Shown: positions 12,101 to 23,897, counted from the first letter of the stretch. The stretch is DNA of 64,000 nt from Tubulanus polymorphus (GCF_964204645.1 NW_027437467.1:1-64000); one strand, 5' to 3'. Made by a program: numbers and translations. Notes: a model not told the origin generated them from the sequence alone.

Positions 12101-15100
12101 GCGCAGAGCGACGTTTTCGCGTCGAAAAGTGCTTTTCCTGACGATTTGAGCGCTTTTACGCATCGGCATTGTCGTTTTTCCGATAGGGGGAATATTCGAA
12201 AAGAAAACATCTTTTCTCGCGCCGAGCGACGTTTTCGCGTCGAAAAGTGCTTTTCCTGACGATTTGAGCGCTTTTACGCATCGACATTGTCGTTTTACCG
12301 ATAGTGAGAATATTCGATACGAAAACGACTTTTCTCGCGCTGAACGACGTTTTCGGGTCGAAAAGTGCTTTTCCTGACGATTTGAGCGCTTTTACGCATC
12401 GGCATTGTCGTTTTTCCGATAGGGGGAATATTCGATACGAAAACGTCTTTTCTCGCGCCGAACGACGTTTTCGCGTCGAAAAGTGCTTTTCCTGACGATT
12501 TGAGCGCTTTTACGCATCGGCATTGTCGTTTTACCGATAGGGAGAATATTCGACACGAAAACGTCTTTTCTCGCGCTGAACGACGTTTTCGCGTCGAAAA
12601 GTGCTTTTCCTGACGATTTGAGCGCTTTTACGCATCGGCATTGTCGTTTTTCCGATAGGGGGAATATTCGATACGAAAACGTCTTTTCTCGCGCTGAACG
12701 ACGTTTTCGCGTCGAAAAGTGCTTTTCCTGGCGATTTGAGCGCTTTTACGCATCGACATTGTCGTTTTACCGATAGGGAGAATATTCGACACGAAAACGT
12801 CTTTTCTCGCGCCGAACGACGTTTTCGCGTCGAAAAGTGCTTTTCCTGACGATTTGAGCGCTTTTACGCATCGACATTGTCGTTTTACCGATAGGGAGAA
12901 TATTCGACACGAAAACGTCTTTTCTCGCGCCGAACGACGTTTTCGCGTCGAAAAGTGCTTTTCCTGACGATTTGAGCGCTTTTACGCATCGGCATTGTCG
13001 TTTTTCCGATAGGGGGAATATTCGAAAAGAAAACGTCTTTTCTCGCGCAGAGCGACGTTTTCGCGTCGAAAAGTGCTTTTCCTGACGATTTGAGCGCTTT
13101 TACGCATCGGCATTGTCGTTTTTCCGATAGGGGGAATATTCGAAAAGAAAACGTCTTTTCTCGCGCTGAGCGACGTTTTCGCGTCGAAAAGTGCTTTTCC
13201 TGACGATTTGAGCGCTTTTACGCATCGGCATTGTCGTTTTTCCGAAAGGGGGAATATTCGACACGAAAACGTCTTTTCTCGCTCTGAACGACGTTTTCGC
13301 GTCGAAAAGTGCTTTTCCTGACGATTTGAGCGCTTTTACGCATCGGCATTGTCGTTTTTCCGATAGGGGGAATATTCGATACGAAAACGTCTTTTCTCGC
13401 GCTGAACGACGTTTTCGCGTCGAAAAGTGCTTTTCCTGACGATTTGAGCGCTTTTACGCATCGACATTGTCGTTTTACCGATAGGGAGAATATTCGACAC
13501 GAAAACGTCTTTTCTCGCGCTGAACGACGTTTTCGCGTCGAAAAGTGCTTTTCCTGACGATTTGAGCGCTTTTACGCATCGGCATTGTCGTTTTTCCGAT
13601 AGGGAAATATTCGATACGAAAACGTCTTTTCTCGCGCTGAACGACGTTTTCGCGTCGAAAAGTGCTTTTCCTGACGATTTGAGCGCTTTTACGCATCGAC
13701 ATTGTCGTTTTACCGATAGGGAGAATATTCGACACGAAAACGTCTTTTCTCGCGCTGAACGACGTTTTCGCGTCGAAAAGTGCTTTTCCTGACGATTTGA
13801 GCGCTTTTACGCATCGGCATTGTCGTTTTTCCGATAGGGGGAATATTCGATACGGAAACGTCTTTTCTCGCGCTGAACGACGTTTTCGCGTCGAAAAGTG
13901 CTTTTCCTGACGATTTGAGCGCTTTTACGCATCGACATTGTCGTTTTACCGATAGGGAGAATATTCGACACGAAAACGTCTTTTCTCGCGCTGAACGACG
14001 TTTTCGCGTCGAAAAGTGCTTTTCCTGACGATTTGAGCGCTTTTACGCATCGACATTGTCGTTTTACCGATAGGGAGAATATTCGACACGAAAACGTCTT
14101 TTCTCGCGCTGAACGACGTTTTCGCGTCGAAAAGTGCTTTTCCTGACGATTTGAGCGCTTTTACGCATCGACATTGTCGTTTTTCCGATAGGGGGAATAT
14201 TCGAAAAGAAAACGTCTTTTCTCGCGCTGAGCGACGTTTTCGCGTCGAAAAGTGCTTTTCCTGACGATTTGAGCGCTTTTACGCATCGGCATTGTCGTTT
14301 TTCCGATAGGGGGAATATTCGAAAAGAAAACGTCTTTTCTCGCGCTGAGCGACGTTTTCGCGTCGAAAAGTGCTTTTCCTGACGATTTGAGCGCTTTTAC
14401 GCATCGGCATTGTCGTTTTTCCGATAGGGGGAATATTCGAAAAGAAAACGTCTTTTCTCGCGCAGAGCGACGTTTTCGCGTCGAAAAGTGCTTTTCCTGA
14501 CGATTTGAGCGCTTTTACGCATCGGCATTGTCGTTTTTCCGATAGGGGGAATATTCGAAAAGAAAACGTCTTTTTTCGCGCAGAGCGACGTTTTCGGGTC
14601 GAAAAGTGCTTTTCCTGACGATTTGAGCGCTTTTACGCATCGGCATTGTCGTTTTTCCGATAGGGGGAATATTCGAAAAGAAAACATCTTTTCTCGCGCA
14701 GAGCGACGTTTTCGCGTCGAAAAGTGCTTTTCCTGACGATTTGAGCGCTTTTACGCATCGGCATTGTCGTTTTTCCGATAGGGGGAATATTCGAAAAGAA
14801 AACATCTTTTCTCGCGCCGAGCGACGTTTTCGCGTCGAAAAGTGCTTTTCCTGACGATTTGAGCGCTTTTACGCATCGACATTGTCGTTTTACCGATAGT
14901 GAGAATATTCGATACGAAAACGACTTTTCTCGCGCTGAACGACGTTTTCGGGTCGAAAAGTGCTTTTCCTGACGATTTGAGCGCTTTTACGCATCGGCAT
15001 TGTCGTTTTTCCGATAGGGGGAATATTCGATACGAAAACGTCTTTTCTCGCGCCGAACGACGTTTTCGCGTCGAAAAGTGCTTTTCCTGACGATTTGAGC

Positions 15101-18100
15101 GCTTTTACGCATCGGCATTGTCGTTTTTCCGATAGGGGGAATATTCGATACGAAAACGTCTTTTCTCGCGCTGAACGACGTTTTCGGGTCGAAAAGTGCT
15201 TTTCCTGACGATTTGAGCGCTTTTACGCATCGGCATTGTCGTTTTTCCGATAGGGGGAATATTCGATACGAAAACGTCTTTTCTCGCGCCGAACGACGTT
15301 TTCGCGTCGAAAAGTGCTTTTCCTGACGATTTGAGCGCTTTTACGCATCGGCATTGTCGTTTTTCCGATAGGGGGAATATTCGAAAAGAAAACGTCTTTT
15401 CTCGCGCTGAACTACGTTTTCGCGTCGAAAAGTGCTTTTCCTGACGATTTGAGCGCTTTTACGCTTCGACATTGTCGTTTTACCGATAGTGAGAATATTC
15501 GATACGAAAACGTCTTTTCTCGCGCCGAACGACGTTTTCGCGTCGAAAAGTGCTTTTCCTGACGATTTGAGCGCTTTTACGCATCGGCATTGTCGTTTTT
15601 CCGATAGGGGGAATATTCGATACGAAAACGTCTTTTCTCGCGCCGAACGACGTTTTCGCGTCGAAAAGTGCTTTTCCTGACGATTTGAGCGCTTTTACGC
15701 ATCGGCATTGTCGTTTTTCCGATAGGGGGAATATTTGATAAGAAAACGTCTTTTCTCGCGCTGAACTACGTTTTCGCGTCGAAAAGTGCTTTTCCTGACG
15801 ATTTGAGCGCTTTTACGCATCGACATTGTCGTTTTTCCGATAGGGGGAATATTCGATACGAAAACGTCTTTTCTCGCGCCGAACGACGTTTTCGCGTCGA
15901 AAAGTGCTTTTCCTGACGATTTGAGCGCTTTTACGCATCGGCATTGTCGTTTTTCCGATTGGGGGAATATTCGATACGAAAACGTCTTTTCTCGCGCCGA
16001 ACGACGTTTTCGCGTCGAAAAGTGCTTTTCCTGACGATTTGAGCGCTTTTACGCATCGACATTGTCGTTTTACCGATAGTGAGAATATTCGATACGAAAA
16101 CGTCTTTTCTCGCGCCGAACGACGTTTTCGCGTCGAAAAGTGCTTTTCCTGACGATTTGAGCGCTTTTACGCATCGACATTGTCGTTTTACCGATAGTGA
16201 GAATATTCGATACGAAAACGTCTTTTCTCGCGCTGAACGACGTTTTCGCGTCGAAAAGTGCTTTTCCTGACGATTTGAGCGCTTTTACGCATCGGCATTG
16301 TCGTTTTTCCGATAGGGGGAATATTCGAAAAGAAAACGTCTTTTCTCGCGCTGAGCGACGTTTTCGCGTCGAAAAGTGCTTTTCCTGACGATTTGAGCGC
16401 TTTTACGCATCGGCATTGTCGTTTTTCCGATAGGGGGAATATTCGAAAAGAAAACGTCTTTTCTCGCGCTGAGCGACGTTTTCGCGTCGAAAAGTGCTTT
16501 TCCTGACGATTTGAGCGCTTTTACGCATCGGCATTGTCGTTTTTCCGATAGGGGGAATATTCGAAAAGAAAACGTCTTTTCTCGCGCTGAACTACGTTTT
16601 CGCGTCGAAAAGTGCTTTTCCTGACGATTTGAGCGCTTTTACGCATCGGCATTGTCGTTTTTCCGATAGGGGGAATATTCGATACGAAAACGTCTTTTCT
16701 CGCGCCGAACGACGTTTACGGGTCGAAAAGTGCTTTTCCTGACGATTTGAGCGCTTTTACGCATCGACATTGTCGTTTTACCGATAGGGAGAATATTCGA
16801 CACGAAAACGTCTTTTCTCGCGCCGAACGACGTTTTCGCGTCGAAAAGTGCTTTTCCTGACGATTTGAGCGCTTTTACGCATCGGCATTGTCGTTTTTCC
16901 GATAGGGGGAATATTCGAAAAGAAAACGTCTTTTCTCGCGCTGAGCGACGTTTTCGCGTCGAAAAGTGCTTTTCCTGACGATTTGAGCGCTTTTACGCAT
17001 CGGCATTGTCGTTTTTCCGATAGGGGGAATATTCGAAAAGAAAACGTCTTTTCTCGCGCTGAACTACGTTTTCGCGTCGAAAAGTGCTTTTCCTGACGAT
17101 TTGAGCGCTTTTACGCTTCGACATTGTCGTTTTACCGATAGTGAGAATATTCGATACGAAAACGTCTTTTCTCGCGCTGAACGACGTTTTCGCGTCGAAA
17201 AGTGCTTTTCCTGACGATTTGAGCGCTTTTACGCATCGACATTGTCGTTTTTCCGATAGGGGGAATATTGGATAAGAAAACGTCTTTTCTCGCGCGGAAC
17301 GACGTTTTCGCGTCGAAAAGTGCTTTTCCTGACGATTTGAGCGCTTTTACGCATCGACATTGTCGTTTTTCCGATAGGGGGAATATTCGAAAAGAAAACG
17401 TCTTTTCTCGCGCTGAGCGACGTTTTCGCGTCGAAAAGTGCTTTTCCTGACGATTTGAGCGCTTTTACGCATCGACATTGTCGTTTTACCGATAGTGAGA
17501 ATATTCGATACGAAAACGTCTTTTCTCGCGCTGAACGACGTTTTCGCGTCGAAAAGTGCTTTTCCTGACGATTTGAGCGCTTTTACGCATCGGCATTGTC
17601 GTTTTTCCGATAGGGGGAATATTCGAAAAGAAAACGTCTTTTCTCGCGCTGAGCGACGTTTTCGCGTCGAAAAGTGCTTTTCCTGACGATTTGAGCGCTT
17701 TTACGCATCGGCATTGTCGTTTTTCCGATAGGGGGAATATTCGAAAAGAAAACGTCTTTTCTCGCGCTGAGCGACGTTTTCGCGTCGAAAAGTGCTTTTC
17801 CTGACGATTTGAGCGCTTTTACGCATCGGCATTGTCGTTTTTCCGATAGGGGGAATATTCGAAAAGAAAACGTCTTTTCTCGCGCTGAACTACGTTTTCG
17901 CGTCGAAAAGTGCTTTTCCTGACGATTTGAGCGCTTTTACGCTTCGACATTGTCGTTTTACCGATAGTGAGAATATTCGATACGAAAACGTCTTTTCTCG
18001 CGCCGAACGACGTTTTCGCGTCGAAAAGTGCTTTTCCTGACGATTTGAGCGCTTTTACGCATCGGCATTGTCGTTTTTCCGATAGGGGGAATATTCGATA

Positions 18101-18118
18101 CGAAAACGTCTTTTCTCG

Positions 18119-18123
18119 CGCCG
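18119..18123 (+). other. 5' target-site duplication CGCCG (monomer positions 84-88)
   Basis: CGCCG immediately precedes the TGT start of the 5' LTR and is repeated at 24140-24144. Confidence 0.97.
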
Positions 18124-18365
18124 TGTCGAGAACAGGATGTTTATGTAAAAATGTCAGTAACCATATAGTGTTCACTCCCCCTTAGCCTATGTAGCGAATC
18201 ATCATATATATTAGCATGCGCATGTGCAGTCGGGACAGGTGGTTAGCCTGTGTGTGACCGAAATAAACGAGTATCTTATGATCTGTAGACTGAACCCGTC
18301 GTGTTTTTAGTCTTTCTCTTCCTTTATCTCCGAACCTGGTCTTCTTTGTGACTCGCAACGCCACA
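18124..18365 (+). repeat. 5' LTR (242 bp)
   Basis: TGTCGAGAAC...AACGCCACA; I found no difference from 23898-24139 by eye. Confidence 0.97.
18205..18210 (+). promoter_or_regulatory. Putative LTR TATA box (TATATA)
   Basis: CATATATATT lies upstream of the AATAAA in the LTR, the usual U3 arrangement; motif match only. Confidence 0.5.
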
Positions 18366-18366
18366 T

Positions 18367-18384
18367 TGGTGCCGTGACCAGGAT
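18367..18384 (+). promoter_or_regulatory. Primer-binding site complementary to the 3' 18 nt of tRNA-His
   Basis: TGGTGCCGTGACCAGGAT starts 1 nt after the LTR. Its reverse complement ATCCTGGTCACGGCA-CCA matches the invertebrate-type tRNA-His(GTG) 3' end as I recall it; the vertebrate form would give ...GACTCGGAT. Confidence 0.88.
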
Positions 18385-18391
18385 CAGCCGA

Positions 18392-21300
18392 ATGGAGGAT
18401 ACTCAACTGAACCGGTCGACAATCACACGAACTGCAATCAGGCAGAAAGTTGATGATCTCGTCGTGAAATCGTCAACAATCGTCGAAGATTTTCGAACGA
18501 CCGAAGACGATGTAGATTTACTAAATATCTACATCGAGCAGATCACAGAAAAGTTAAGTCGACTAGAGAAGCTAGACTCGACAATCGAGGACCTAACTCC
18601 TTTAACGCATCTTTCAGACACGATTCAAGAAGCAGAGGACTTCAGATCTAGCGTCATCGAAAAACGCGGCCGAATAATCCGATTTGTAGAAAAGGCGAAG
18701 CACACAACGCAACCTCATAATTCTTCGATGAACAATTCCGGTGCTTCTGCGACGCCATTTCGCCCGAACAAGGTAAATCTACCTAAACTTACGCTCGCCA
18801 AATTCGACGGCGATTTACTCAAATGGCAGGAATTCATAGACGGATTCAATTCAGCGGTCAACGACGACCCGAATCTCGACGACGTCGTTAAGTTTCAATA
18901 CTTACGCGCACAACTTAACGGCGAAGCTTACAGAACGATCGAGGGTCTGGCCCTCACCGCGTCGAATGATGCGAACGCACTTCAAGTACTGATAAAAAGG
19001 TATGGGCAACCGCAAATCATTATCAGTGCATATATGCGAGCGTTATGGGAACTTTCGCGACCGACAGAAGACATGCAGAGTCTGATGGAATTTTCGGATA
19101 AACTGGAAACATATATCCGAGGACTAAGTGCGCTCGGAAAAAACGAAGATAGCTACGGAGATTTGTTGACTCCGATTATCTTAGATAAACTGCCTGGGAT
19201 GATACGACGACAGATAACGAGGGATAATAACGGCGCGAATTGGAATCTCCAGTCGTTGCGAGATGCCCTTTCGAGAGAGATAACAGCGTTCCAGGCAGGA
19301 GTTTCAGTGTACCCAGAAACTGCTCACCTGGGTACCACGTCAGCGTTCCACGTGGGCAATGCGATCAAGAGAAAACCATTAAAATGTACATTTTGTAAAG
19401 GGACACATTTCGCGTCAGATTGTGTTCTTGTAACCGAACCAGAGAAACGCCTGGATATCGTTAAACGTGATAAACTTTGTTTTAATTGCATGGGCACTCA
19501 TCGTTCTCGGGACTGTAAATCCAAGAACACATGTAAAAAGTGCAGAGGGAAACATCACACGTTACTATGTGGTTCCTCCCTTACAGAAACGCGCGAGATT
19601 TCTACGAAAAATCGACCGCAAAACCCACAAAACGGAAGCAGAAGCGATTCTCACGATGTAAAAACTGTTCATCAAACGTATGCCGGCGCCCAACAACCAC
19701 GACCAGATGGGCCCATACTTCTTAAAACAGCTGTGGCGGAGATTTTTTCGCCATCAACTTCCGCTAATAACCGCTCGAATGGTCGTAAGATAAACATTTT
19801 ACTGGACGAAGGCAGCCATAGATCGTTTATCACGACGCGAATTTCTGTCAGCTTAAATCTCCCACATCTGGGCCAAGAGGAAATCAATCTAGCGACGTTC
19901 GGAGAACAACTGGCCGGTCGGCGATTACTTCAAAGAACGAACTTTAACATCGCGTCATCAGAGGGTTCACCGATACTAATTGAAGCCCTCGTGATACCGA
20001 CCATCTCCACGCCAATCAGCAATCTTGTAAACAATAAAGTTTTGGATCTTCCGCATCTGCGAAACCTAACTCTAGCGGAACAGCCATCATCAATAACCGG
20101 CGACTTTGATATCGATGTATTAATTGGCGCCGATTACTACTGGTCTATAGTCGGCGATAATACCGTGAAGGGCTACGGCCCGACTGCCGTTTCATCACGT
20201 ATAGGGTATCTCTTATCAGGGCCCATACCGAGCCACACCTTACTCACCGGAGTAAGGAATTCAACCGTTCTCAACGTATCTTGTGTGAGAAATATGGATC
20301 TCAATTCGCACCGCGGAGAGGAAGTCTCATTACAATCGTTTTGGGACTTAGAAACGATCGGCATCAAAGATGACGCTTCTTTGATAAAAAACCGTGGACT
20401 TGCTTATTCGGACTATATTAAAACCCATCTAACTGTTGATAGCGATGGACGCTATACTGCGAAACTACCTTGGAAAGAAAGCCACGCCCCCTTGCCGGAC
20501 AACAGACACGTGGCCGAAGCACGGACTCGCAGTATGATACGCCGTTTATCCGCAGAAATGAGAACCGTATACGATGCAATAATTGAAGAACAACTGTCGC
20601 GTGATTTCATAGAGGATGTAACACATGACATCTCTAGTATCGGACACTATTTACCCCACCGAGGAGTAAAAAAGGACTCTACTACCACGCCTCTCAGAAT
20701 CGTTTTCGACTGCAGTTGTAGAGTCGGAAGCGAACCGTCGTTGAATGATTGCTTGGAAACTGGACCCCCGCTCCTAAACGATTTGGTATCTATATTGTTG
20801 CGATTTCGATTGTACTCTACAGGAATATCCACCGATATCGAAAAGGCATTTTTACAAATAAGACTCCACGAACACGATCGGAAGTATACCAAATTCTTGT
20901 GGTTAACCGACCCGAATGATCCAGAAAGCGATTTCAAAGTACTTCAGTTTAAAAGTATCCTGTTCGGAGCGGTCTCGAGCCCGTTTGTTCTTAACGCCAC
21001 TGTCAAATCCCACTTAGCCAATTACGATTGCGAAACCGCGGGGAAATTGGCCGAAAACATATACGTGGATAATATCGTCACTGGAGTAACATCTGAGGAC
21101 AAAGCGATAAACTTTTATGCACAATCAAACGAAATAATGAATTCTGCAGGCTTGGCCCTCAGAGCGTGGGCAACTAATTGCCAGAGACTGCGTAATTTGG
21201 CGAGCTCGGATGGAGTAGCCGAGTCGAAACCCATCGCGAACGTCCTCGGGATCCGATGGGACACTCATAACGACACCCTTAGCATCAAGGTAGATGACGG

Positions 21301-23725
21301 AACGTCCGATCTGGTGACAAAACGTGAGGTAGTTAGCGCGGCGTCGAAGTTATATGATCCGCTTGGTTTTCTGGCCCCCGTACAGGTCAGGGCTAAGATG
21401 TACATCCAGGAACTCTGGAAACTTAATCTAGGCTGGGACGACCCAGTACAGGACGAATCAATGCGAGAAAAATGGTTCTCGATTCGGAATGATTTGTCAC
21501 GTGCGTCAGAAATTGTGTTATCAAGGAAATACTTAAGTCAACCGCAAACCCAGAATTATGAAATACACGTGTTTGCTGATAGTAGCAAAGCAGCATTTGG
21601 AGCTGTGGTTTATTTACGAAACCAGCATGATACATCGTTTGTTATGTCTAAGACACGTGTCGCACCAGTAAAGGAATTAACTATTCCACGACTGGAATTA
21701 CTTGCTGCTTTGACCGGTTCGAAGCTTATCGATTATGTAACTGAATCGCTCGGTTCCGAAATCGCTATAACCAAAAAAGTGCTTTGGAGCGATAGTCAGA
21801 TTGTGCTTTGTTGGTTGAACTCCGATCGAAAGTTACCAGTATTCGTCAGCAACCGCGTGAAACAGATTAAATCTATCAAAATTGACGAGTACCGCTACTG
21901 CCCGACGTCTGATAATCCGGCAGACATACTATCGCGTGGAATCGACTCCGAGAAACTACGGCATTCTAATTTGTGGTGGTTTGGCCCCGAATGGCTGAAA
22001 CATGGCGACTGGCCCGTGGATAAATTATACGCTGACACTAGCACAGTTAATATCCTCCACATCAACGATCCTCAACCCGGGCAGGTTGAAGACGCGGAGG
22101 ACGAACGGATTGGTTTGGTAGAAATAATCGACATTGAACGATTCATAGAGTTGGGATCATTATTACGTGTCACCGCTTACGTTTTCTTGTTTGTCGCGAA
22201 ACTTCAACGCCAGACAGATCGGTCCGCCGAGGATCTGACGCCGGATGATATAGCCCGAGCTAGAACGGCGTGGATTAAAGCTGTGCAAAATGCTAATTAT
22301 TCGAATGAAATTTTCGTGCTGCAGGGTAATCATGCAAAATCGCGAGCGCCCCTGACAAAACAGCTACGGTTGTTTATTGGCGATGATAGTTTGTTGAGAG
22401 TTGGAGGGAGACTCCATAACGCCCCGATTGATTATGGCGCGAAATTCCCAATATTACTACCCCCGAAAGGGCGATTTACCGAGTTAACTGTGATTGATGC
22501 TCACGCGAGAGCACTTCATTTGGGTACAGAATCAACGATTAACCGTATTCGACAAACGTATTGGATTCAAAGTATCAGGAAAGTCGTTAAATCTCTGTTG
22601 CGAAAATGTTACAATTGCAAAATCACTAGTGGTCAGCCATACCCACTACCGGACCCTGCACCGTTGCAGAAGAGCAGGCTGACAGATGCCCCTCCCTTTA
22701 CCGTAACGGGAGTGGATTTCACCGGACATTTGTTCGTGAGAGATAACAACAGAGAAGCGAAAGCGTATATTATCTTGTTTACATGTGCGAACACACGTGC
22801 CGTTCATCTCGAGGTTGTTTCTGATATGTCGTGTGCCACATTTCTTCTCGCCTTCCGACGTTTCGCCGCACGTCGATCCTTACCCCAAAAGTTGATAAGT
22901 GATAATGGATCGGCATTCGTGGCCGCGGCGGGAGAAATAAAGAAGCTTCTCGATATTCATTCGGTTCGAAAATACATGCTCGAGAAAAATGTTGAATGGG
23001 TATTTATACCAAAGGCCGCCCCATGGCATGGTGGCTTTTGGGAACGTTTAGTTGGACTTACGAAACAAGTTCTGAAACGTGTTTTAGTCCGCGCATACAT
23101 ATCGATGTCTGAACTTATTACGCTCGTCGCGGAAATCGAAATGGTGATCAACAACCGCCCGCTTACGTATTTGTCCGATGACGTAACTGATCCAGAACCG
23201 CTAACACCATCGCACCTCCTTCACGGACGAGTTATGTCGAATCTACCGCACCTATCTGATACCGATGCTATCAGTGATCCGGAGTATGGTGTTTCGATAA
23301 ACACACAAAACCTCCAGAAACGCGCACAAAGAGTGATGGAACTCTTCGAACATTTTCGGTCTCGTTGGACCAACGAATACGTTATTGCGCTACGTGAACG
23401 ACATCTGTCCATGCGAAATAATGGCAGAACAAGCGAGATTCGATCAGGAGACGTTGTACTCGTACACGACGACCAAAAACGTAGAATTAACTGGAAGCTT
23501 GCTATCGTAACGAAACTGAACTACGGGAACGACGGCGCAGTTCGTTCAGCAGAAATTAGAATGGGCACTACAAATACTAGCCGACCTATAAATAAACTGT
23601 TCCCGCTTGAAATTAACACCGATATGGACTTTAAAGAGCCTGGCCCCGTTATAGCCTCTGATCCGCGACCCGTGCGAAACGCAGCGCGAAAGGCTCGTGC
23701 AAAAATCGTCGAATGTTTGAAATAG
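18392..23725 (+). CDS. BEL/Pao Gag-Pol polyprotein, 1777 aa from the first ATG (DUF1759-like Gag, 3 zinc knuckles, aspartic protease, RT, RNase H, integrase with C-terminal DUF5641-like region)
   Basis: Uninterrupted ORF. Gag LPKLTLAKFDGD..KFQYL; CX2CX3HX4C x3 at 19385-19570; protease LLDEGS (~19802) and LIGAD; RT YLPH/RIVFD/DIEKAF/FG..SSP/YVDN (21062-21073); RNase H FADSS/SDSQ/NPAD; integrase H..H..CYNC with D (22715), D (22901), E (23042). The ORF-track start at 18374 is a GTG inside the PBS. Confidence 0.97.
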   Translation: MEDTQLNRSTITRTAIRQKVDDLVVKSSTIVEDFRTTEDDVDLLNIYIEQITEKLSRLEKLDSTIEDLTPLTHLSDTIQEAEDFRSSVIEKRGRIIRFVEKAKHTTQPHNSSMNNSGASATPFRPNKVNLPKLTLAKFDGDLLKWQEFIDGFNSAVNDDPNLDDVVKFQYLRAQLNGEAYRTIEGLALTASNDANALQVLIKRYGQPQIIISAYMRALWELSRPTEDMQSLMEFSDKLETYIRGLSALGKNEDSYGDLLTPIILDKLPGMIRRQITRDNNGANWNLQSLRDALSREITAFQAGVSVYPETAHLGTTSAFHVGNAIKRKPLKCTFCKGTHFASDCVLVTEPEKRLDIVKRDKLCFNCMGTHRSRDCKSKNTCKKCRGKHHTLLCGSSLTETREISTKNRPQNPQNGSRSDSHDVKTVHQTYAGAQQPRPDGPILLKTAVAEIFSPSTSANNRSNGRKINILLDEGSHRSFITTRISVSLNLPHLGQEEINLATFGEQLAGRRLLQRTNFNIASSEGSPILIEALVIPTISTPISNLVNNKVLDLPHLRNLTLAEQPSSITGDFDIDVLIGADYYWSIVGDNTVKGYGPTAVSSRIGYLLSGPIPSHTLLTGVRNSTVLNVSCVRNMDLNSHRGEEVSLQSFWDLETIGIKDDASLIKNRGLAYSDYIKTHLTVDSDGRYTAKLPWKESHAPLPDNRHVAEARTRSMIRRLSAEMRTVYDAIIEEQLSRDFIEDVTHDISSIGHYLPHRGVKKDSTTTPLRIVFDCSCRVGSEPSLNDCLETGPPLLNDLVSILLRFRLYSTGISTDIEKAFLQIRLHEHDRKYTKFLWLTDPNDPESDFKVLQFKSILFGAVSSPFVLNATVKSHLANYDCETAGKLAENIYVDNIVTGVTSEDKAINFYAQSNEIMNSAGLALRAWATNCQRLRNLASSDGVAESKPIANVLGIRWDTHNDTLSIKVDDGTSDLVTKREVVSAASKLYDPLGFLAPVQVRAKMYIQELWKLNLGWDDPVQDESMREKWFSIRNDLSRASEIVLSRKYLSQPQTQNYEIHVFADSSKAAFGAVVYLRNQHDTSFVMSKTRVAPVKELTIPRLELLAALTGSKLIDYVTESLGSEIAITKKVLWSDSQIVLCWLNSDRKLPVFVSNRVKQIKSIKIDEYRYCPTSDNPADILSRGIDSEKLRHSNLWWFGPEWLKHGDWPVDKLYADTSTVNILHINDPQPGQVEDAEDERIGLVEIIDIERFIELGSLLRVTAYVFLFVAKLQRQTDRSAEDLTPDDIARARTAWIKAVQNANYSNEIFVLQGNHAKSRAPLTKQLRLFIGDDSLLRVGGRLHNAPIDYGAKFPILLPPKGRFTELTVIDAHARALHLGTESTINRIRQTYWIQSIRKVVKSLLRKCYNCKITSGQPYPLPDPAPLQKSRLTDAPPFTVTGVDFTGHLFVRDNNREAKAYIILFTCANTRAVHLEVVSDMSCATFLLAFRRFAARRSLPQKLISDNGSAFVAAAGEIKKLLDIHSVRKYMLEKNVEWVFIPKAAPWHGGFWERLVGLTKQVLKRVLVRAYISMSELITLVAEIEMVINNRPLTYLSDDVTDPEPLTPSHLLHGRVMSNLPHLSDTDAISDPEYGVSINTQNLQKRAQRVMELFEHFRSRWTNEYVIALRERHLSMRNNGRTSEIRSGDVVLVHDDQKRRINWKLAIVTKLNYGNDGAVRSAEIRMGTTNTSRPINKLFPLEINTDMDFKEPGPVIASDPRPVRNAARKARAKIVECLK

Positions 23726-23884
23726 TTGCATAATAGTTACTATCAATGCCTGAATTTACTATTTAATCGTATTTTGAATTAACGTTTAGTTGTTTATTGA
23801 TTTCCATAAGCTTTATTTACTTAATCCATTGTAATGATTAGTCATATATCTCTCCGTTCTTACTCTTTATTTGTTTACCTTTGT
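23726..23884 (+). other. AT-rich 3' untranslated region of the retrotransposon (no env ORF)
   Basis: About 160 nt of T-rich non-coding sequence between the stop codon and the PPT. Confidence 0.8.
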
Positions 23885-23897
23885 CGCCCCGGAGAAA
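23885..23897 (+). promoter_or_regulatory. Short polypurine tract region (CGCCCC-GGAGAAA) for plus-strand priming
   Basis: Purine run GGAGAAA at 23891-23897 abuts the TGT of the 3' LTR. Confidence 0.7.

Larger units (their letters stand above)
1..18123 (+). repeat. 118-bp tandem satellite array, left part (~154 monomers; continues beyond window start)
   Basis: Monomer CCTGACGATTTGAGCGCTTTTACGCATCG(A/G)CATTGTCGTTTT(A/T)CCGATAG(G/T)G(A/G)GAATATTCGA(T/C/A)A(C/A)GAAAACGTCTTTTCTCGCGC(T/C/A)GA(A/G)C(G/T)ACGTTTTCG(C/G)GTCGAAAAGTGCTTTT restarts at 1, 119, 237 and so on. About 10 common polymorphic sites; otherwise near-identical copies. Confidence 0.99.

Noticed and set aside
18374-18391. ORF-track start of the polyprotein at GTG 18374
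   Set aside because: It lies inside the PBS; in a eukaryote the ATG at 18392 is the plausible start.
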